Assembly: GCF_046119375.1 (NCBI RefSeq)
Contig: NW_027362764.1
Coordinates: 48,174,001 to 48,238,000, forward strand
Direction: 5' to 3'
Length of the DNA: 64,000 nt
Source: Phyllobates terribilis
Lineage: Eukaryota
In this document: positions 56,906 to 64,000 of the stretch, one piece after another
How positions within the stretch are numbered: the first letter of the stretch is position 1
Layout of the letters: every line of letters starts with the position of its first letter
The notes under the pieces: generated by a model
Told to the model about the DNA's origin: nothing
The model's database searches: none
Seen by the model: only the letters and a program-made list of their open reading frames with translations
Position numbers and translations under genes: made by a program

Positions 56906-57929
56906 AATAATAGATAAATAACCACCGGGTTCCCATGTAAATGTTCTGCTTGTCTTACGGGGATTCTGAACTCGCTCCAAAATTGCGGCTGTGAATGAAT
57001 CCACTTCAGAACAAGGTTTGGGATGGAGGCCAAGCTGACATGAGGGAGGAGGGTGGGGCGGCCTGTTCAGACAGGATTCCAAGTTCCTCCACTTTACCTC
57101 TGGAGCCAGAGGTCTGGCCGCGGCCCAGCCACACGAAGGGAAGATTAAGGCATTTTCTGTGTGAGAAGTTAAAGATGTAAACTCAGAGTCAGGTGTTTAT
57201 TTTCTCCTCTCCAGTAGATAACTTTAAGTTTGTTCCTCAGTCTTCAAATTTTCTCGAACTCCCTGTAGAAGAATAGTCACCAAATAGCTGGGAAAGAATT
57301 ACAAATGTCCATTTTTACCATGTAGTGATATAGTGGGATGAATGGCCAAGCTTGTGATATACAAGTCCACATCAAAGTGGAAGCTTCTCTTACTGAGCAG
57401 CTTTTCTCTATGGCTCATACTGTTGGTATATGCAACAGTTGTGGACTTCTTTGTTTGTGTGAAGGAGGACTTTATGCTGATCTGACAGTAGATGGCGATG
57501 TTGTGTAAAGTTTCCTTGTTTACTGTATTGTAAAAATAAAAAAAGTCTCTCTTGTACTTTCTGTTTTGTTCTTACTTCCTGGTGCAGTACTGTGTGACTG
57601 TGCGTTTTTTCCTTTACCTCATGTTCTGAGAAGTAAAAGCTTGTTATCCCATGTAATCTGCTCTGTGAAGTTTTCTACTGCAACTGTGGGTATCCAAAAG
57701 CTGTGCAACACATACAGGGGGTCCTCAGTGTGGAGCCCCCCGATACTGGATTATTATAGAACAATGTTAAATAAACAGACAAATACACTACGGTGTCACG
57801 TGCTTGAGGTATCAGAGGCATGGCTCTTTTTCATGATGACCTGGGTGATGACTGCTACTTTTCTTACAATTAAAAATTATCTAGACAGATATATACAAGG
57901 GGCGGTCGCATGAGGTGTTAATTTTTTAA

Positions 57930-58370
57930 TCTGTTGGAAAAGAGCGGCAGAATGGACATTATACAAGGAAGGGGCCCAGGATGGGGGACATTATGCAAGG
58001 ATGTGGGTTATTATATCATAATGTGGTCCAGCATGGGGGACAGTATTCCAGGATGGGGGGCATTATTACAGTAAGGGGCACAGTATAGGGGACATTATAC
58101 CGTGAAGGAGCTCAGGATGGGGGGCATTATACCAGGATGAAGGTCATTTTAATGGAATGGGGCCCAGGATGGGGGTCATTATACCAGGATGGGAGACAGT
58201 ATACCAGGATGGGAACATTGTTATAGGATGGGAGACAGTATACCAGGATGGGGACATTGTTATAGGATGGGGGACAGTATACCAGGATGGGGACATTGTT
58301 ATAGGATGAGGGACATTATACCAGGACATGGGATATTTTAACAGGAGCCAGCCAGGATGGGGGACAATTA
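57930..58370. repeat. G-rich degenerate tandem repeat (CCAGGATGGGGGACATTATA-like)
   Basis: ~20-bp units. A downstream AGTTACGCCACT (58500-58511) resembles a DNA-transposon end, but no left end was found. Confidence 0.7.
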
Positions 58371-58510
58371 TTACATTATGGGGGGAAAGTGAACATGCGT
58401 GTCTTTATAAGATCTAGAATGATACAAGGGCCCATACATCTGACCAACATGCCGGTGGTGACCCAGGTCCACATTTTTCTTCGGGGCCCATCAGACTCAA
58501 GTTACGCCAC

Positions 58511-58541
<31 letters not shown>
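58511..58541. repeat. (TAGA)n microsatellite
   Basis: About 8 units. Confidence 0.95.
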
Positions 58542-58542
<1 letters not shown>

Positions 58543-58576
58543 AAAAGAGAAAGGGATACAAAGATAGACTGATATA

Positions 58577-60090
58577 GATTGGCATGTAAAAGTTTGGACA
58601 AGTTGAAGATGAAAGGATCTCTAAAAGGCCTAAAGTTAAAGATGACACATTTCCTTTGTATTTTAGGCAAAAAAATACATAGATTTTTTTATCTTTTACA
58701 TTTTAAAAATTACAATAAAGGAAAATGGGCCGATGCTAAAGTTTGGGCACCCAGGGCAAAAAAAAAAGAGATCACCACCAAATAAAGTACTGGGATCACC
58801 TATAGCAAATGCATACCAAATATGACAACAAGAAGAGAAAAGCCATGCTATAAATAGGGATCACTACATGTATGTTCATGTGGTGATCCCTATTTAGAGC
58901 ATGGCTTTTCTCTTCTTGTTGTCATGTAAAGTTTGGGCACTTTGTATAGTTAGTACCCAGTAGCGCCCCCTTTTTGAAAGTATCACTGCTTGTAAACGCT
59001 TTTTTTAGCCAGACAAGAGTCTTTCAGTTCTTCATTGAGGGATTTTCATCCATTGTTCCTTGGAAAATTCTTCCAGTTCTGTGAGATTCCTGGGGCGTCT
59101 TGCATGTGCTGCTATTTTGAGGTCCAACCACAGATTTTCAATGGTGTTCAGATGAGAGGACTGTGAGGGCCATTGTAAAACCTTCAGCTTGCGCCTTTTG
59201 AGGTCGTCTATTGTGGAGTTTGACGTGTGTTTAGGATCATTATACATTTGTAGAAGCCATCCTCTTATCATCTTCAGCATTTTTACCGATGGTCTTACGT
59301 TTGCATCAAGAATTTGTTGAAATTTCATTGAATCCACTCTTTCCTCTACCCGTGATATGTTCTTGGTGCCATTGGCTGCAACACATCCCCAAAGCATGAT
59401 TGATCCACCCCCATGCTTAATGGTTGGCGAGATGTTATTTTCCTGAAATTCTGGGCCCTTTTTTCTCCACACATACTTTTGATCATTGTGGCCAAAGTTT
59501 TCAATTTAACCTCATCCGTACACAGGACTTGTTTCCAAAATGCATTAGGCTTGTTTAGATGTTCTTTTGCATATTTATGACCCTGAATTTTATGGTGAGG
59601 ACTCAGGAGAGGTTTTCTTCTGATGACTCTTCCATGAAGGCCATATTTGTGCAGGTGTCTCTGACCAGTAGAACAATGTACCACAACTCCAGAGTCTGCT
59701 AAATCTTTCTGAAGGTCTTTTGCAGTGAAGCGGGGATTCTGATATGCCTCTCTAGGAATCCTATGAGCAGCTCTTACTGAAATTTTGCTTGGTCTTCCAG
59801 ACCTTATCTTGACCTCCACTGTTCCTGTTAACTGCCATATCTTAATTACATTTCGAACTGAGGAAAAGGCAACTTGAAAACACTTCTCTATCTTCTTATA
59901 GCCTTCTCCTGCTTTGTGGGCCTCCACCATTTTCAGAGTGCTCCGCAGCTGCTTAGAAGAACCCATGGCTGCTGTTTTTTGGCACAAGGTTAGAGGAGGG
60001 TAGGTTTTTATAAAGCTGGGAAATTTGCATCACCGGCCTTTCCTAACGATGATAGTGAACAAGTCATAACCCTGACAGGCTAATTGCATT
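58577..60090 (-). mobile_element. Decayed Tc1 (DD34E-type) transposon
   Basis: Frameshifted transposase MGSSKQL...KGYKKI-like, PTIKHGGG, NDPKH and WPSQS. A TIR remnant GCATGTAAAAGTTTGG is at the left; the right end is not resolved. Confidence 0.8.
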
Positions 60091-60410
60091 CAGTGTCTGC
60101 CGCATCCTTCTGTATAGATAGTAGAAGCACCAACAGGCAAGGCAGCCTGAAAAGGATCATGATTAGAGGAAACCTCCATCCACGGGCATCATGTATCAGG
60201 CACTGGCTAAATTATTTCAGAAATGTATGTTTCACTTTGAGAAAGTCGCCCATGCAGCTCGGTCCCCGGCAGCTTTTAAAGTATGTTTTTCTCTGAAACG
60301 CCACATCCGTTTCAAAGTCATACATACAGGTGCTTCTCACTAAATTTGAATATCAACAAAAAGTTAATTTATTTCATTTCTTCAATACAAAAAGTGAAAG
60401 TCATATATTA

Positions 60411-61150
60411 CGAGGGTCAGTCAATAAGTAATGCCTCCTATTTTTTTTTCTCCTTTTAATTGGCAAGAAATTCAAATGCAATTACATAGGCTGAAAACCA
60501 CAACATTAACGATTAATTTGTCACTTTTCAATATAATCTCCATCCATTTCCACAGTCTTGGTCCACCGTTTAACAAGGGCATGTATTCCAGCATGGTAAA
60601 AAGCATTCTTGGGACCCACCGTGCACAAACTTTTCTGTATCCCAGTTGTCCAATAATTTTCATCACACTGCCTTTACTGAGGCAGATAATGCCACACAAT
60701 TCATCTGCGGTCACCCGGCGGTCACCACCAATGATGTCATCGACTCGCTGAATGTTGCTTGGAGTCACTGCGGTTACTGGCCTGCTACTCCGCATTTTGT
60801 CAGCCAACGGTGATGGCCCTTCAGCTGTGTCACAGCGACGAACCCATCGTCTAACAGTACTGACATCCACTGTTGCATCACCGGACACATTTTTCAGTCG
60901 CTCATGAATTCGAATGGGCGTTTCACCTTCTGCATGAAAGAATTCAATCACAGAACGTTGTCTAATACGAACATCGATGTCAGCCATTCTGCAAACGGAT
61001 ACAGTCCTGCCACCTGTTGGTGCAGGAAGCTGCAATTGCTGTGGATTGGAGAAGAAGGTTTGAGGAATTGTGCCAAATTCGAATATTTAACATAACTACC
61101 TTATTTATGGAGAAAAAAAATAGGAGGCATTACTTATTGACTGACCCTCG
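60411..61150 (-). mobile_element. Non-autonomous mariner derivative (740 bp)
   Basis: TA-flanked ~42-bp TIRs CGAGGGTCAGTCAATAAGTAATGCCTCCT. ORF from ATG 60987 encodes both HTH domains up to WVPRML and is then deleted. Confidence 0.9.
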
Positions 61151-62100
61151 TATATAGAGTCATTACAGAGTGATCTATTTCACGTGTTTATTTCTGTTAA
61201 TGTTGATGATTATGGCTTACAGCCAATGAGAACACAAAAGTCATTATCTCAGTAAATTAGAATACTTTATAACAACAGCTTGAAAAATGTTTTTAAAATC
61301 CGAAATGTCCTACTGAAATGTATGATCAGTAAATGCCCTCAATACTTGGCCGGGCTCCTTTTGCATCAATTACTGCATCAATGCGGCAATGTGGCATGGA
61401 GGCGATCAGCCAGTGGCACTGCTGAGGTATTATGGAAGCCCAGGTGGCTTTGATAGCAGCCTTAAGCTCGTCTGCATTGTTGGGTCTGGGGTCTCTCATC
61501 TTCCTCTTGACAATACCCCATAGATTCTCTATAATAGATTCTCTATGGGGTTAAGGTCAGGCGAGTTTGCTGCCAATCAAGCACAGTGATACTGTTGTGT
61601 GTAAACCAGGTATTGGTACTTTTGGCCGTATGGACAGGGGCCAAGTCCTGCTGGAGAATGACATTTCCATCTCCTAAAAGCTTGTCGGCAGAGGGAAGCA
61701 TGAAGTGCTGTAAAATGTCCTGGTAGACGGCTGCGCTGACTTTGGTCTTGATAAAACACAGTGGACCTACACCAGCAGATGACATGGCCCCCAAACCATC
61801 ACTGATTGTGGAAACTTCACACTAGACCCCCAGCAGCTTGGATTGTGGCCTCTCCACTCTTCCTCCAGACTCTGGGACCTTGTGGAGTGTGTCAATGACT
61901 GCCTTCTGGACATCTGTCAAGTCAGCAGTCTTCCCCATGATTGTGGAGCAAACTGAAACAGACTGAGGGAACTTTTTAAAGGCTTAGGAAGCCTTTGCAG
62001 GTGTTTTTTGTTCATTATTCAAATTTACTTAGATAATGACTTTTGTGTTTTCATCGGCTGTAAGCCATAATTATCAACATTAACAGAAATAAACACGTCA

Positions 62101-62480
62101 AATAGATCACTCTGTGTGTAATGACTCTATATAGTAGATCCCTCTGTGTGTAATGACTCTATATAATAGATCCCTCTGTGTGTAATGACTCTATATAATA
62201 GATCACTCTGTCTGTAATGACTCTATATAATAGATCCCTCTGTGTAATGACTCTATATAATAGATCCCTCTGTGTGTAATGACTCTATATAATAGATCCC
62301 TCTGTGTGTAATGACTATATAATAGATCCCTCTGTGTGTAATGACTCTATATAATAGATCCCTCTGTGTGTAATGACTCTATATAATAGATCCCTCTGTG
62401 TGTAATGACTCTATATAATAGATCACTCTGTCTGTAATGACTCTATATAATAGATCACTCTGTGTGTAATGACTCTATAT
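62101..62480. repeat. 32-bp minisatellite, ~12 units (AATAGATC[A/C]CTCTGTGTGTAATGACTCTATAT)
   Basis: Period 32 measured at 62103, 62135 and 62167. Confidence 0.95.
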
Positions 62481-63067
62481 AATATATGAGTTTCACTTTT
62501 TGTATTGAAGAACTGAAATAAATTAACTTTTTGATGATATTCTAATTTAGTGAGTTGCACCTGTACCCAGTGAAATCATACAGGCAGTGACTGATTCATG
62601 CTGCCCATGGATCGGACAGCATGTATCAGCTGTCAAGTTCCAGTTAAGAAAAAGTCTAGATAAGCATGGTGTACTTACTTTGAAAATCCATGTCAGAATT
62701 GCTGTATACTTCTGATATTCATCTTATGAATCCAGCTATAGAAGGAGAAGGTTCATGAGTCCAAGTGTATCTAGTCTCTGCCTAACCACCCATCCGTACT
62801 GAAAGCTGCAGCTTGTACTGAGCAGTGTGAGATCTCAGCAGTGTGAGAGGTACACTGAGGAGCTGTCACTCAGGCTAATTGGGTGGAGACTGTGTTAAAC
62901 CTTCATAAAGGATTATACAGCCATTCTGATATGAATTTTCACAGTAAGTACACCAACCTATCAGGTCTAAGAGACCTATTTAACATTGTATGCAGTTTTT
63001 TTGTGAAATTTGGTGACATATCTGTTTTAAGAGCAATTCCAAGATATCCATCTATGGACACAACATG

Positions 63068-64000
63068 CAGTTGAAACCAGAAGTTTCCATACACTATGTA
63101 AAATGACACATCTGCATGTTTTTCTCAATATTTGACATGAAATCAGAATAAACCTTTCCCGTTTTAGGTCAATTAGGATTACCATAATTTTTAATATTTG
63201 CCAAATGCCAGAATAATGAGAGAGAGAGAATGTTTTAAGGCATTTTTATTACTTAATGCAAAGTCAAAAGTTTACATACACTAAGATTACTATGCCTTTA
63301 CACAACTCTCGACTGCCCATATGATGATGTCATGTGTTTGGAAGCTTCTGAAGGTTTTTTGGCAACATCTGAGTTAATTAGAGACACACCTGTGGATGTA
63401 TTTTAATGCACATCTGAAACACACTGCTTCTTTGTGTAGCATCATGGGAAAGTCTAAAGAAATCAGCCAATATATCAGGAAGAGAATTGTGGACTTGCAC
63501 AAGTCTGGCTCATCCTTGGGTACAATTTCAAGATACCTGAAGGTGCCTCGTTCATCTGTACAGACAATTATACGCAAGTACAAACAAGATGGGAATGTCC
63601 AGCCATCATACCGCTCAAGAAGGAGACGGGTTCTGTGTCCCAGAGATGAACGTGCTTTGGTCCGACATGTGCATATAAACCCAAGGACAAAAGCAAAAGA
63701 CCTTGTGAAGATGATGGTGGAAGCTGGTAAGATTGTGTCAATATCCACAGTGAAAAGAGTACTCTATCAACATGGGCTGAAAGGCCACTCTGCCAGGAAG
63801 AAGTCATTACTCCAAAAGAAACATAAAAAAGCCAGATTAATGTTTGCAAATGCACACAGGAACAAAGACCTTAATTTTTGGAGACATGTCCTGTGGTCTG
63901 ATGAAACTAAAATTGAACTTATTGGGCATAATGACCATCGTCACATTTGGAGGAAAAAGGGAGAAGCTTGGAAGCCTAAGAACACCATCCCAACTGTGAA
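63068..64000 (+). mobile_element. Sleeping Beauty-like Tc1 element, cut by window end
   Basis: CAGTTGAAACCAGAAGTTTCCATACACT outer repeat and AAAGTTTACATACACT inner repeat. Confidence 0.9.
63444..64000 (+). CDS. Sleeping Beauty-like transposase, N-terminal 185 codons open to the window end (not in the ORF track)
   Basis: MGKSKEISQYIRKRIVDLHKSGSSLGTISRYLKVPRSSVQT...VLWSDETKIEL...KPKNTIPTV. Confidence 0.93.
   Translation, partial: MGKSKEISQYIRKRIVDLHKSGSSLGTISRYLKVPRSSVQTIIRKYKQDGNVQPSYRSRRRRVLCPRDERALVRHVHINPRTKAKDLVKMMVEAGKIVSISTVKRVLYQHGLKGHSARKKSLLQKKHKKARLMFANAHRNKDLNFWRHVLWSDETKIELIGHNDHRHIWRKKGEAWKPKNTIPTV

Larger units (their letters stand above)
60327..62563 (-). mobile_element. Internally deleted Tc1 element carrying a mariner insertion and a TIR-derived minisatellite
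   Basis: TA|CAGGTGCTTCTCACTAAATT...AATTTAGTGAGTTGCACCTG|TA. A transposase remnant lies at 61543-61794 (AGVGPL..QQDLAPVHTAK). Confidence 0.85.

Noticed and set aside
55724-56910. Hydrophobic multi-TM-looking ORFs
   Set aside because: They are translations of a T-rich degenerate repeat (F/L/I bias) with no splice or domain support.
12297-64000. Next DYNC1I1 exon ([22 protein letters not shown]...)
   Set aside because: I looked for its codons in the unique segments and did not find them; it is presumably beyond the window.

Overview
This is eukaryotic, very probably anuran (frog) DNA; the taxon is inferred from the transposon families and the 35/36-bp satellite. The only host gene is DYNC1I1 on the + strand: four GT-AG-bounded exons (2092-2238, 4441-4554, 8167-8300, 12152-12296) encode WD40 repeats of the cytoplasmic dynein intermediate chain, followed by an intron of more than 51 kb whose next exon I could not find. 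The introns are packed with mobile DNA. There are five copies of a DD38E (Intruder-type) Tc1 element with 272-bp TIRs, four other Tc1 families (one Sleeping Beauty-like) and a mariner deletion derivative. There are two near-intact chromodomain Gypsy (Tf1/sushi-group) LTR retrotransposons, one nested in an older rearranged Gypsy, plus four solo LTRs with target-site duplications and two CR1 LINEs. An ~11-kb 35/36-bp minisatellite and several degenerate repeats fill much of the rest. Three signals stand out. (1) There is an apparent spliceosomal intron in the 5' UTR of a CR1 LINE that ends 1 nt before the ORF1 ATG. (2) Both Gypsy elements show Tf1-style self-priming signatures, and in one the primer and PBS are separated by an ~1.08-kb R/U5 filled with tandem repeats. 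(3) The DD38E TIRs contain the transposase C-terminus and form inverted repeats around host exons. All coordinates and comparisons were done by eye without tools.
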